A stretch of 64,000 nt of DNA from the human T2T-CHM13v2.0 reference genome, Homo sapiens (GCF_009914755.1 NC_060929.1), one strand, 5' to 3'; numbered from the stretch's first letter, positions 1-13,944 are shown. Numbers and translations are program-made. Notes: generated by a model from the sequence alone, not told the origin.

Positions 1-339
1 TCTTTTCAAAAAAAATCCTTAATCAAAAGAAAAAGAATATCTTGAGCTGAGTCTCAAACAGGATATCTCAATTGCAAAATATCTTTCTTAAAGTTTCACA
101 GCTACCTAGACAAGAATATCTTCCCAACATTATAGGAAATTCCCACATTATCATGCATATGGGTAAAACCATTGAAGACTGGAGTAGAGAGAACTCTTGA
201 CTCAGATTGGTGTCTACTGTACTCTCTTGGGTAAGTCATTTCCCATCTCTGTCCTAAGGTTTCTGTACCTGGCCCCTTTGTTTTCTAGCACTGAGACTTG
301 CAGCAATTCACTCATTTCTGAGCTCCAGGATAGTCACAA

Positions 340-801
340 TGAATAGGGGTGAGAATAGTGGCCCCTAAAGAGATATGTCCATGTGCCAATCTTTGGAACC
401 TATGAATTTTTTTTTTTTTAATTTGGGAAAAGGGTCTTTGCAGATGTGATTAACTTCAGGCTTTTGAGTTGAGAGGATCATCCTAGATTATTCAGGTGGG
501 TCCTAAATCCAATGACAAGTGTCCTTATAAGAGAAAGGCAGAGGGAGATTTGAGATCCAGTAAAAGGCAACGCGACCACAGAAACAGAGACTGATGTGAT
601 GTGGTCACAACTCAAGGAATGCCAGCAGCCACCAGAAGCTAGAAGAGTCAAATAATGGATTCTCCCCTACAGCCCCCAGAGGAAGCATGGCTCTGTGAGA
701 TTTTAGACTTCTGGCAAGCAGAAATGTAAGAGAATGCATTTCTGTTGTTTTAGCCAACAAGTTTGTGGTAATTTATATGGCAGCCCTAGAAAATAAACAC
801 A
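340..801 (+). mobile_element. MaLR solo LTR, MLT1C/MLT1D-like
   Basis: Typical MLT1 motifs: ggaaaagggtctttgcagatgtgattaa, gggtcctaaatccaatgacaagtgtccttataaga, gccaccagaagctagaaga; ends gcagccctagaaaataaacaca. Confidence 0.85.
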
Positions 802-2639
802 GTCCTCACTTGTACTACAGGTGTGACTGGGGGTCATCCTGCCCCCTGAGTTCAGACCCCACGTTGAGGCCAGGCTTTACTGTCACCACATTTAGTGACC
901 TCACCACACCAACTCTAAGAACTTTAACAATTGATGTATATTTAGAGTAAAAACAGATATGGAGGACACCCTTATGTATATCATACCACAAAGCATTCTT
1001 AAGAATTTACCATTCACATTCCATTCTCCATGGCCACCGCTACTTCTCCCTCTTTCCCTGAGAACTCTCTTTTCCAGCTATCCACATCTTCCTTGTCTCC
1101 ATCACCCTCTCCAAGTCCCTTTAGCCAATACATCAGCAAGTATTTAAAAAGGGCTCAATCTTGTCCAAGAAGCTATGGAGAGTTCCACTTACTACGAACG
1201 TTGTGAAAACATTAACATTGATAATAGTAGTAGGAAGGGTAACAGTAGCTGACAGTAACTGGTTGTGTGCAAGTAGCAGCCACTGTGCTAAGCACTTTCT
1301 TTGTATTCTATCTCTCAACCTTCAAAAATAGTGCCTTCTAAATGAGTTCTTTCCCAGATGCATTCAGGGTACAAGGCCCATCACATCCCTAGGACCCCCA
1401 GCGGTAGTATTGTCTTGCTACACATTTACAAGCTGGTCGCGCCCTTCCAAAGGATCTCATTCCTCCAGGAGGGCATTTGATTCTAATCAGCAAATTGCAG
1501 AGAAAAGTTTCCTTTTAATATTTGTTGCACCACAACTGATTCCCTTCCCCTCTGACGTCTTGTCTATTATAGACTCTTATGGGAAGGGAGGATCTTGAGA
1601 GTGGACTCCTCACACAGGTACCTCCCACCTGCACTTGGAGGACAAGAAGGGAATCCAGAGGAGGGGGAGGAAAGGGAGAAAAGGTGGCTCTTCCAAGCCA
1701 GCTGTCTGTTAGAGAAACAAATTGAGTGCAGTTTGCCCCAGGAATATCAGGATTTTCTTTAACCTGGAGCTTAAACGGCAATCTTCTTAGGGTGGGAACT
1801 GTAGGGAAGGAGGCAGGAATCTAGAGAAAACTTCCACATACAGTCTGTTCCAGCTGCTTGGGGGCACCCAAGGGTGGACAGCAAAATCTCCCCCTGAGTT
1901 GTCAGGGGGTTTCAGAACTCACTAATCACATCTAGTTTCAAAGCCTGTGGAGAAACCAGGGCCCAGGAACCCCTGGCTGGGAAAGGCATCCTTGGCTGCA
2001 TCTTCCCTGATTGCCTTGCCTGCTACAACAGCTGGGCTCAGATACCCACTGCACGTGGCTCCACTGTGTCCGGCCCACAGATACAGCAAGTGCCCTGGAG
2101 GTTACCTATGGATGCATGCACAACGAATTACTCTCACTTTTTGCATCAGTACCAGCTCCCCTTTTGCTCTGAAAGCAGCTTTGCAAGTTTATCCCCACCT
2201 GTGTTCCTCCACTCCCGAGACCACTAGCTTTGCTAAATTGTTTATTGTGAGTTGCTTCTGCAGCACTTTTTCAGTCTCTCTCTTCTTGAACTTACATCAC
2301 ATCTCAGAATGATTTGTTTCCACTGCCGATCTTGCCTCCAGTCTAAGTACTTTGAAAGTAGGGGCTATATTTTATATATTCCATGTTCCCTAAGTGCCTA
2401 GCATTTGGCCTTTCATATAACAGATACTCAAATCTTTTTGTTTTACTAAACAACTATTCATTTAGTAGAGGGACTGCATAAGATGCTGTGTGAACAAACT
2501 AGGAGGGAACAAACTAGTGGAACTGCTGGTGTTCAAACCTACATTTTAATGAGAAAGCTAAGAAAATGCACAAACACAAACACAGAGAGAGAGAAAGCAT
2601 TAACATGGTACTAAATTTGATGCTAAATACAAGAAAAGA

Positions 2640-2800
2640 AGCTGTGCATGGTGACACATGCCTGTCATCTGAGCTACTTGGGAGACTGAGGCAGGAGAAT
2701 CGCTTGAGCCCAGGAGTTCGAGACCAGCCTGGGCAACATACCAAGACCCTGTCATGCAAAGAAAAGAAAAGAAAAAAAGAAAAAAAAAAAGAGAAAAGAA
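2640..2800 (+). mobile_element. Alu monomer (FLAM/FRAM-like) with A-rich tail
   Basis: Single arm gctgtgcatggtgacacatgcctgt...gagcccaggagttcgagaccagcctgggcaacat followed by an A-rich tail. Confidence 0.85.
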
Positions 2801-3088
2801 ACAAGTGTGGAAATGGAGAAGAGATAATGAAAACAAGGAGCTTAGATAAGGTGGGCAAGGGAAGGTTTCTTTGAGGTGGTGACATTTAAACCAAGACTTG
2901 AAGGGTGAGAAGGATCCAGTCAAACCAAGAGCTGAGGAGGTTGGGGAGGGTGAGGGTGCATTTCTAGACAGAGAGGACTTGGAAGTTCAAAGGTACTAAG
3001 GTGGGAAAGAGAGTTTGACATGTTCAGAGAACTGAGGGGACTCCACTGTGGCTAGAGCTCAGCTGGTGAAGTTGGGGAAGGGAAGGGG

Positions 3089-3544
3089 GTTATATTGGGT
3101 TGGAAAACGTCTTCCTAAAATTCAAGTCCACCTGGAATGACCAAATATAACCTTATTTAGAAATAGTGTCTTCACAGATGTAGTTAAGATGAAATTATAC
3201 TGGAGTAGAGTGGGCCCTAACCCAATGACTTGTGACCTTTCAAGAAGAGAAAACAGATGCAGAGACAAAGACAGAGACAGACAGGGAAGAAGGCCCCATG
3301 AAGACAGAGGTAGAGGTTGGAGTTACAAGTCTACAATCTAAGGAACACTGAGGGTTGCCGGCCATCACCAGAAGCTAAGTAGCAGCAAGAAAGGCTCCTC
3401 TCTCCTAGACCCTTCGAAGAGAGAATGGCCCGGCTGACTCTGATTTCAGACTTCTAACTGCCAGAACTGTGAACAAATACATTTCTGTTGCTTAAAGCCA
3501 CAAAATGTGGTGATGTGTCATGGCAGCCCTAGGAAACTAATACA
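3089..3544 (+). mobile_element. MaLR solo LTR, MLT1C-like
   Basis: accttatttagaaatag, gtgggccctaacccaatgact, caccagaagct; canonical end gcagccctaggaaactaataca. Confidence 0.85.
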
Positions 3545-3571
3545 TGGGTCAAGGAAAAGACTTTTTCTCTA

Positions 3572-3875
3572 TTTTTTTTTTTTTTTTTTTTTTGAGGCAA
3601 AGGCTTACTCTGTCACCCAGGCTGGAGTGCAATGGTATGATCTCAGCTCACTGCAACCTCTGCCTCCCGGGTTTCAAGCAATTCTTGTGCTTCAGCCTCC
3701 CAAGTAGCTGTGATTGCAGGGATGTGCTACCATGCCCAGCTAATTTTTGTACTTTTATTCGAGATGGGGTTTCACCATGTTAGCCAGGCTGGTCTTGAAC
3801 TCCTGACCTCAGATGATCCACCTGCCCGGCTTCCCAAAGTACTGGGATTACAGGCCTAAGCCACCACGCCCAGCC
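3572..3875 (-). mobile_element. AluS (Sx-like), full length
   Basis: Poly-T followed by antisense dimeric Alu; flanking direct repeat gaaaagact(t/g)tttc. Confidence 0.93.
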
Positions 3876-4994
3876 ATGAAAAGACTGTTTCATCGTTAGT
3901 GAAATGGAAATCCATCACAGGGTGATAGGCTGTATCAAAAGCTGATTTTTTTTTCAGGTTTGTGTTTTAAAAATGTGTCTCAAATGAGTAAAAAGAAGTC
4001 CTCGGACTCAGAACACTTCCCCACATCTTTCCAAGGCTACAATGTCTGTGCCATTTGCAGTGTCCTCCACCATGTAACTGCCCTCTGAGCAGGGACAACG
4101 TGGCACACTGGGAGATTAGTCATCTGATTTAACCGTCTCCACCATCAACCACTTGAGGTTTCAAAACATGTCCCTTCTATTTTTAAGCAAGCAGCAGTCT
4201 ACTTCTGCATTATAAATTTAGTTCCCTTTTCCCCAGATACCTGGTGACGCCATGTGTTGTCCCTTGTCCTCCTCCTTCTAGCCCTCTTCAGTTCTAATGG
4301 AAAACATTACACAGTTCAAAGTCACTGTTAATTAATGCTGATGTTTGCTTTGCTGACATTGGTATGAAAAGTGCTTATTTGAGGGCGAGAGAGCATGTTT
4401 CTTCTAATTCTCAACACCACTTCAGTATGAACCTAAAAATCAATGGATGACTGGATTCAGATGAACATTTACAGTCTGAATTTTGCCATTCATGAATGCT
4501 AGCACCTGACACTTGGGGAAAAACAGGTAACTTAGGAGGAAGAATGGCCAAATGGGGAAATAGGGTAGAAGCTAGAAGGTTCTGGAGTGCACAGCTTTCT
4601 GCAGCCTGGCAGCATTTAGAGTTTTCAGCGTATTAGAGTTCTGGAGAAAATAATTTTCCTTCTTCCTTAAAATTGATGGATTCACTCATAGTTCTCATCC
4701 ATTCAAGATGAAAAGTTTCCTGATTAGGAATTTGAACCTCAGTCTTTACCAGTTGTAACAAGGAATTTTGAGTTGGAGCACTCATTGCCAGTTACTGAAC
4801 CAAATGTTGCATATTCTTCATATCATTTAAGAAGGAAAATGGGCACCATTGGAGTTACAAGTCTGCAAGCTAAGGAACACCAAGGGTAGCCGGCCATCAC
4901 CAGAAGCTAAGCAGCAGCAAGAAAGGCTGTCATTTATTGAGTGTCATAATCTTGGCTGGTACTTCATATACATTATTCTATATAATTCTGTCAT

Positions 4995-5200
4995 TTCAGG
5001 GTAGTAAAGTATGAACTTGGAGTCCACACCTCGGTTTAAATCCTGGTTCTGCAACTTAGTAGCTAAACAACTTCGATTAGTTGCTTAATCTCTCTAAGCC
5101 TCAGTTTCCTCATCTATAAAATGGAAATAATAAAAATGTCAATCTTATTAAAATTAAATGAAATCCTGTAATACTGTCTGGCTTATAATGATGATTACAA
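4995..5200 (+). mobile_element. MIR
   Basis: MIR core tttaaatcctggttctgcaactt...ctctctaagcctcagtttcctcatctataaaatgg. Confidence 0.8.
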
Positions 5201-7203
5201 GAATCATAATGATAATAGTAATAATTACTGTAGCATTTACTAAGTGCAAAGAGTTTACAAATGTGACCATTGAAAAGCAGAGAAGTCAGAAACTTGTCCT
5301 TTGTTAAACAGCTAAAGTGTGGTATAGGTGGAATTTGATCCATTAACGTTAGCCATTGTTAGGGTTATAATCTGGAGTTCTAACTACAGTGTTTTGTACA
5401 AAGTGCATGCTGAATAAATATTTGCAGACTGATAAATTATAGGCAGTATATTCTTGCCAGGGGAGAATCTTGGATCTTGTTTAATAGTCTCCACTTATAT
5501 GGGATTTGGCTAATATAATTGGTTTCTTTCTTCACTGGATTCCACAGAGATAGGCCATTCCCCTTTGCTTCTCAGTGTTTGCTGAGTCTGAGCAGAAAGT
5601 ATTTTCTAGCTGTGATTTGGGAAGAATGACATCAGCTTAAGAAACACATTTAAAACATCCATACTTCAAGGCTGAGGTATAGGCCTACTCTTCCAGGAAG
5701 CTTTGAAATTTCCCTTTCATTTGAAGCCCTGCAGGGCCCTTCCACCCAGGTCTTTCTTTTGCTTCTTATTAAATAGGTTTGTAATGCACTGTTTGCTGGC
5801 TCTTGGTCCCTTTGACATGCTGTAGAATCCTTGCCAGCCCTCAAAATCTCCTAGAGTTATTTTCAGGAGCTCTTTGTGGAGTTTCACATACACTGATGCA
5901 ACTTTGGCCTCCTCCTTGATATCTGTGGCCCAGGAATCCACTAACGATGTATTCATCCAACATTCCAGCTGCCAGGGTCCTCTGTGAACACTGATTCTCT
6001 GTCCACGAAGCTTCCAAAGACACAAACCCTACTGGGGCTAAAATGACGCTACTTTATAGAAATACTGCAGATACTGTCCCTCTCTGCAACTTATTGTTCC
6101 ACTCTGTCTTATTGATCCTGCAGTGCCTTTACTTATGCTCATCTCTCACGAAGTCCTCCAGGTAAACAGCTCCATTAGCCTCTCCTTGTATCACCTATCA
6201 CCTTCAGCCTCAGACTACAGCCAGGCTGAGTGACTGGGAGATGTCTGATTTTTCCTTTGCAGCTCTTACTACAAAATGGCAATCACATATTTATTTTGTG
6301 CAAATTCCATCTAATGTCTATCTTTCCAATTAGAGGGCAAACTCCATGAGGGAATGGATTGAATATGCTTTATCATTCCTATATCCAGAGTAGCACAGTC
6401 TTGAACATAGCAGTGCTTAATAAAAATGTATTAAATGCATGACTACTTTGTTCTTCTGAACCCATTCTCCCCCAAATCAGGTATCCAGGTAAAGACGACA
6501 GGAGTTCTAACTCAAATCAATGCCTAGGAAGAGCTCAACCACTCACCTGGACCTCTAGCAATATACAGGCCAAGCCCAAGTTCACCAGTTAATGAGACAG
6601 AATCGAAACCTGGATTCCAAGTTCAGGCTTTGAGCTTAGTTAAAAGAGGTTTACGTGATCCTTCCCACACGGTTCTTCGAAACAGATTGGGAAGATCTGG
6701 AGGTGGGAACAATGCCTTCTTCATCTTAGCATCTCCCACCTCATCTAGTATAATGCCTAGCAAAGAAGATCTTCCCAAGAAATATTTATCGGATGCAGGC
6801 AGCAAACATGATGGTCAAGATGAACGTTTGCCAGCATGGTAGAGTTCCCATTGATCTGCTGCAGTCTTCCAGCTGTGTCTGTAGAGGTGTTGGTTGAGAC
6901 GTTGAAGGGATTTCTGCGACAACTTTTCCCTTCAGATTGCCTCTCTGGAAATGGTTAATACCAGTTCACATTAGGTGCTGAGAAACAATTTCCTAAAAAT
7001 ATAGATGGGGCATAAAAGCCTAACATAAGCTGAGGAAGATGACCACCTCATGACTGCCTTCTTCCACAGTAGTCAACGGGATGGGCTAAGGGCTTCCTGA
7101 TTTGTCCCAATTTGTAAAGAATTTGTAAGCTGACATTACCTGAGGAAAAAATCAAGAACACGCCTAACTTAAAACCATTGCCTGTTTTCAAGCCAACCTA
7201 TAG

Positions 7204-7415
7204 CAGTGGTTCTCAACTGGAAGCAATTTTGTCCCCCAGAGGACATTTGGCAATGTCTAGAGGCATTTTTGGTTGTCGCACCTGGGGAAGTCTACCGATA
7301 TCTAGATGAGACAATGCCTGCGATATTGTTAAACATCTATGGTGAATGCACAGAACATTTCCCACCAGTCATCTCCCCAACAAAACATCAGTAGAACTGA
7401 AGGGGAGAAACCCTG
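7204..7415 (+). mobile_element. MER20 (hAT-Charlie non-autonomous DNA transposon)
   Basis: cagtggttctcaact...tcccccagaggacatttggcaatgtctagaggcatttttggttgtc; terminal gagaaaccctg inverted repeat. Confidence 0.88.
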
Positions 7416-8094
7416 ACTTAGACAAGCTCAAAATGCATGGTAAGGGACACTGCTAAGTTCACATGGAGAGCCTGATACCTACTGCTTAAGGCACTTGAGT
7501 TCTTTTCCATTTCTTCCAGCCTAAAGTTAGTTGCTAATGGCTTCAGCCTCCTGAATGTGGAGACTGTACATTAGGGGGCAGCTTGGTTTCAGACTTGCAA
7601 CCGCTGCTGTGTCAGGATTCAAAGTATCAGAGTGTGTGTGGGGATGCTTTTGTCTGGCTTCTTCTCATCTTTCTCTTGCTGAGCTCAAGTGGGAGGTTTC
7701 TCTTCAGTTTCACGATTCTTCATCCCCCATCCCCATTCCAGAAAAAGGCAGGAGGGGAGATAATTGGGGGACAACATAAGGTTGTCAGCTGCTTGCTCAG
7801 AAGGAAGGAGTTACTTCCAGCTGACCTCACTCTCCTGCACATGCTCCCTGGGCAGACTTTTGCTATCATGGGCTTTCTCCGTGACATGCTCCTGTTCAAA
7901 AGGCTTCTGTTGGCTCACTTGGCATGGTGGGCTTGGAACCAGCTGACCTGGGCTTGACTAGCTATATAGCTTTAGATCTCTAAACCTCAGTTTTTTTCCT
8001 TTTTGTTGAAGGAGGATGTTGTCATCAACTGTTTAGGTTGTGCTATATGGATTAAGAAACCACACTATCACTGCTGTTGACCACTACCCCAGTT

Positions 8095-8590
<496 letters not shown>

Positions 8591-9494
8591 AAACTCTCCT
8601 TAATTAATACTGAGAAAGAGCTCTGGATAATGTGAGGTGCTATGCAATCTCAGAATCTTTTCCCCATGATTTATATTTGTTATTTATTTAACTGGTATTT
8701 ATTGAGTGCCTCTTAGATGTCAGAGACTATGCTAGAGGAGGTCAACACAGATTTTTTTTTTTCAACGTTGCCCCTGTAGGATTCATGGGGAGGCAGAAAT
8801 CAAATTTCTGACTCCAGTTCCTGACTGGAACTGGAGTTACTGTGCCCTGATGTCCTCCTGTGTTCCAGAGCAGATTCAGTGCAAAAATACAAAACAAAAA
8901 CAAAACTAAGTCAAATGTCCTACCCTTGCACCCATACATAGAGATAAGCAGATCTATTTGGCCAAATAGCTACTTCTATAAGGGATGAGGGTTGTGTGTT
9001 GTGTAGTCATCACTTCCTTAGGAAACATTTTTCATCTTTGTCAAAGTCCCCTTTTTGCAGTCTTATTGTAGTATGCACTTCTCCTTCTCAGCAGTTGTCT
9101 GGTCTCAATTGTATACTCATATGTGTGTATGTGATAAATAGATGAACTATGTTGTACTGTTTTGTTCATCATTTGTTCCTCAGTGTCTACTTCTGGGGTG
9201 GAATATAGAGAGTGTTCTATAAATATCTAATAAATGAACTTGAGTTCATACTATGTGTCAGCTCCTGTGCTAGGATCTTCACGTGCATTATCTTACATGT
9301 GAGAATGGATGAGTACTGACATTTTCCAGAGGGGGAAAACAGGCTTATGAGCCCATAGTCATATAGCTGGTAAATTAGGATTCTAACCCAGGTTCATATA
9401 GATCCAAAGACCCATGTCCCTTTAGTATCAAACTAGACTGGAGTTTGAAAACTACACATTTGCAAATTTGCAATCATCTTGCAGAGAGTATGAT

Positions 9495-9975
9495 CACAGT
9501 GGGGACTGTGAGCTCCAGATTCAGTCATTTTGAGTTCAAATCTTGGTTCCATTACTTCACAACTGTTGGACCTTGGGATATGTGTGCATCTTATGACTCA
9601 CTTTTCCTTATAAATAAAATAGAAATAAAAAACAGTAGCACCTCATGATGTTATTGTGAAGGCTAGTTGGATTACAGCTGTCCCTGCATATATGCAAGAG
9701 ATTGGTTTCAGTAACCCCCCACCACCAAAATCCATTCATACCAAAGTCCTGCTGTCAGTATTGCAGAATTATGTGTACCAAAAAATGGCCTTCCAGATAC
9801 ATGGGTTCCCTCAAATATTGTATTTTCAATTTGTATTTGGCCAAAAAAAAGCTGTGCATACATGGACCCGTGCAGCTCAAACCTGTGCTATTCAAGGGTC
9901 AACTAAATTTGTGACGTGTTTAGAATAGTGCTTGGCACATTGTATGTGTCTATATATTACATGTGTTTGCTTTTA
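9495..9975 (+). mobile_element. MIR split by MER8
   Basis: gagttcaaatcttggttccattact...ttccttataaataaaatagaaataa before MER8; ttagaatagtgcttggcacat after it. Confidence 0.7.
9675..9905 (+). mobile_element. MER8 (TcMar-Tigger non-autonomous)
   Basis: Starts cagctgtccct after TA; ends ggacccgtgcagctcaaacctgtgctattcaagggtcaact. Confidence 0.82.
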
Positions 9976-10610
9976 TTCTCCTTGTTGGAGAAAGAAGAGC
10001 TTTAAAGACTATATATCATTGTTTATGTATCATTTTTAGGATTCTGCACATGAAGTATACTAATCTGATAAGAAATGTTGAAATTTATGTGCTGATGACA
10101 AAAATAATTTAGCAGTAATTAATAATAATGTGTGTCTCCTGCATGGCAGCTCCTCAGCGTATCCACATTAAACAATCACTTGTATTTAACAACATCTTGT
10201 TAAATTTAATTGTCTTGTTAAATCTGAATTAAGTGTGTCTTAAAGAAGCTATTTAGATCATCACTGAGGTTTTAAGCTGTCTGCTCATTTTAGAAATTGA
10301 ACCAGAGCTGCCCAGAATGCTGTTAATTTCAGGTTTGGCACACGCATGTGGACATTTCTGGGTTACTACACTAACTGGGTCACGCTCACCTGGAAGGGCC
10401 ACCAAGACTAACCCACATTCTCCAGAGCCAGAAACCTGTCTCGCCGCCTGCCTGCCAGGGCCCCAGGTACAGTGAAATGTGAGGCACTTAAGAGCATTTA
10501 CACGGTGTGGGCAGTGGCCCCTAGTGCCCCAGAGGCTCTTGTTATCTTGTCTGTGTTTGACTGCTGTTTATGTGTGTGAGCAGCCGGCTCCAGATTTAGG
10601 GTGGAGAGGG

Positions 10611-11086
10611 TATTAGTCAGGGTTCTCCAGAGAAACAGAACCAAGAAGATATGTATGTGTGTGCATATTTATATTTACTATAAGGAATCGGCTCACACAA
10701 TGATGGAGGCCAAGAGGTCCTGCAATCTGTCATCTGCAAGCTGGAGATGGGGGAAAGCCAGTGGTTCCAAGCCCTAAGGCCTCAGAACCAGCAGAACCAA
10801 TAATGTACATCCTAGTCCAAGGGCAGGAGACCCATGGCCTAGCTCAAGGCATCAGGCAGAGAGAGTGAGTTCTCCCTTCCTCCACTTTTGTGTTCTCTTT
10901 TGGTCCTCAACAGATTGTATAAAGCCCACCCACACTGGGGACAGCCATCTGCTTTACTCTGTCCACCAGTTCAAATGTTAATCTCTTCTGGAAACACTCT
11001 CACAGATACACCCAGAAATCATGTTTAACCAGATACCTGGGCATCCTGTAGTCTAGTCAAATTGATACATAAAATTAACCATCACA
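10611..11086 (-). mobile_element. ERVL solo LTR, MLT2B-like
   Basis: tattagtcagggttctccagagaaacagaacca...aaaattaaccatcaca; 5-bp direct repeat gaggg at 10606-10610 and 11087-11091. Confidence 0.9.
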
Positions 11087-11429
11087 GAGGGATTCCATGT
11101 AAAGAGAGTTGCCAGTCCAATTACACTCCCCTGACCCAGATAAAGGTCAACTGTGTTCCTGACACAGATCAAGGTAAGCAGGCAATCAGCATAACATCTG
11201 AAAAACAAGCTAGCAGGCTGAGTTTTGGAGGGCAGACAGATCCTGCCATCTTTCCTTCATAAGAAAACACACACATAAGGTTATCCCCCAGAACCTAGGG
11301 AATAAGGTTCAGACAACAAAAATGCAAGCTGAGAGTGGGGTTTCTTTTTACCGCTGTTTGTCTTTCAGAACTTTGGCGAAGAGGTCTTGGGAAGATGATC
11401 TTTATTGTCTAAGGAAGGGGGGGATAATG

Positions 11430-11680
11430 ATGATAGGAACAACAACAATGATTAACATGGACTGAACTCTTAGCATGTGCTAGGCGTTTGACTAATATGT
11501 TTTTAATCCACTCAACAACCCTATTTACACAGATGCTATTTTTATTCCCATTTTATAGTTGAGGTAATTGAGAGGACAGAGTTTGAGTAACTTATTCAAG
11601 GTCACTTATCTGTAAATGGCAGAGTAAAGACTTAATCTTGGGAAATATGTATTCTTGACCAATATGCCATCCTGCCTTCT
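11430..11680 (-). mobile_element. MIR
   Basis: tattcccattttatagttgaggtaattgag...gagtaacttattcaaggtcac. Confidence 0.75.
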
Positions 11681-11879
11681 AGAATTCACCATCTTTTGCA
11701 GATGTTTATGGCAACAGAGCACTTTGTCACCCTCCAGTTACTGTAGGGAAATTTCCTTCATGTAGGAGGTCAACAGAGTGCAAATGAAATTAGCCTCATT
11801 TTCAAGAAAAGAAAAGACAAACGGGGAAGAAAAAGTACAGAGATGCACAGCTCAACCCAGTAAAGAGAGAATCTAGCAA

Positions 11880-12200
11880 TAAATTAGAACCATGGTAGAA
11901 AACGATACATATACCTGTTAAAAAGGAATGAACAGTTCTGTTCCACCAATATGGAAATTACAAGGGAGAAATCAAGGGGCAGAAATGTATCTATAGTTGC
12001 TCGTATTGTGTTGCAAAAATAAAATTTACATGTATGTTTATAAATGCATGAAGTTTGCTGGTAAGAGTGATTGTCTCTGGTAAGGGAAACTATTTGGTGA
12101 GGGGCAAGGAAGGAGGGAAACTTAATTTTCACTGTAAACCATTTTTTTTGGCTTTTAAGTGTTGTGCCATATGCCTAGATTACCTATTCAAAATGGACTT
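11880..12200 (+). mobile_element. Old L1 (L1ME-like) 3' UTR fragment
   Basis: gttaaaaaggaatgaa...gggaaacttaattttcactgtaaacc resembles L1ME 3' ends. Confidence 0.5.
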
Positions 12201-12588
12201 TTTAAGTTAGAGCTGAGAAAGAGAATGGGCTGTGCTTTGAGATGCTGAGCACACAGAGAATATTTAGACAGTGAGGATACCTTATCAGAGATGTTGTAAA
12301 GAATACTTTGATAACTCAGCACTCAACAATTGGATACTTTTTTTAAGCACATGTGTAACAGATTTTATAAAGCTATAATAATTAAACACAATGTATTAAC
12401 TCAAGGGTAGACAAACAGTCCAATGAAATAGAATGGAAAATTGAGAAACTGATGGAGGAAGGATGGACCTCCATAGTGATAAATAGCATTAGGATAACTG
12501 AACACTCTCTGTATCCATATGATAAAAACAGAACTATTTGATCATACAATATATAATATTCTAGATGAATTCTTTTTAAATGTGATAA

Positions 12589-12866
12589 TGTTGAATTTAA
12601 TCTGAATGCTGTATTCCCTAAAATGCAGCGATAGCAGAGAAATCTCTTTATGCTTCTAAGTTTCTAGAACTGACCAACTACAATGGGCTACCCTGCTCTC
12701 ACATGTTCCTACATATGACTGACTTCTACCTTTCTCAGTGAATATGACTCCTTTTTGTACCTGCCTTTAAAAAGCCCCAAGTCCCCTGGTCTTTTACTTG
12801 AGATGCTTCTCATTAATGAATGCTATCTCTACTATAATAGCTTGAATAAAATAATCTCCATTGTCA
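12589..12866 (+). mobile_element. Possible degenerate ERV LTR fragment, family not identified
   Basis: TG...CA-bounded block with TATA-like tttaaaaa and aataaa near the end, interrupting L1-like sequence. Confidence 0.3.
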
Positions 12867-12869
12867 AAA

Positions 12870-13070
12870 AACAGACGGGAGAGAGTTCTAAAGAAACATA
12901 CTCAAAGTCAATATGAACACCTTGACTGGATCTTTATTCCATTAAAAAATCTGTAAAAGACACACTTGGAAAAGTGGAGAAGTTTAAATATGGACTGAAT
13001 ATTAGAATGCGTTGAATTATGGTAAATCTTCTAAGGTGTGACAATAAAATTGTGTTTGTGTAAGAAAAAA
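12870..13070 (+). mobile_element. L1MC/L1ME 3' UTR fragment
   Basis: ccttgactggatc...tttaaatatggactgaatattaga...aggtgtgacaat. Confidence 0.55.
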
Positions 13071-13597
13071 AGAAGACTTTGGAGAAAAGATTGGGGCTTC
13101 GAAACTTTCTAATGAATTTGCGATTTTATTATTCTGATATCCCCGGAAATGGTGATTGTAGCATATTCCCTATGAGGACAATACTTTGAGCATGGCAAGT
13201 TGTCTCTGAGAGTTATCAGAGGATCCTATACCATGAGCATGGCTTTGGTGACTTCAAAACTTTTGTGGACAAATTTGACTTTGTGTGTTCTGTTTTTGCT
13301 AATCATTTATCCTTCAAAAGGCTGAAGAATCTATATCATCACCTCTCCTCCACTTCCTAATTATCATTCCATTTAATCAGTTTTAAATAAACCTTTCCCT
13401 ACCTTAACTGGATTGGCCACATTATTCTCTCTCCCTGGAATGTTCTGCCCCAAACTCTTGGTATGACTGGATCTTTCTTATCCTTCCCATTCAACCCAAA
13501 TTAGCCATTTACAGGAAGATTTTCTGTTACCATTTTATCTAGGCAGATCCTCCATTGTTCTCTAATACACTGCCTCATTTCTTATTGATAAAGAAAT

Positions 13598-13920
13598 GTA
13601 TGCTCACTTTCTAGGGCTGCCATAACAAAGTGCCCCAAAACAAGTGACTTAAAGAGAATACATCTATTGTCTCAGTTCTGGAGGCTCGAAGTCTGAAATC
13701 AAGGTGATGGTAGGATCGGTTCCTTCTGGGGGCTGTGAGGAAGCATCTGTTCCATGCTTCTTCCCTGGTTGCTGGTGGTTTGCTGGCAGTCTCTAGTATT
13801 CCTTGGCTTGTGGAAGCATCACCCCAATATCTGCTTTCATGTTTACATGGTGTTCTACGTGTGTTCCTGTCTCTGTATCCAAATTCCCCATTTTTACAAG
13901 GACACCAAGTGTATTAGATT
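13598..13920 (-). mobile_element. MaLR LTR, MLT1B/C-like, truncated
   Basis: tttctagggctgccataacaaagt...cagttctggaggctcgaagtctgaaatcaaggtg...tacaaggacacca. Confidence 0.85.
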
Positions 13921-13944
13921 AATTTTAAAATTTTTCTCTAATTC

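Noticed and set aside
340-3544. Two co-oriented MLT1 LTRs as the ends of one provirus
   Set aside because: The LTRs differ substantially, the interval holds SINE/LINE remnants rather than MaLR internal sequence, and there is no shared TSD.
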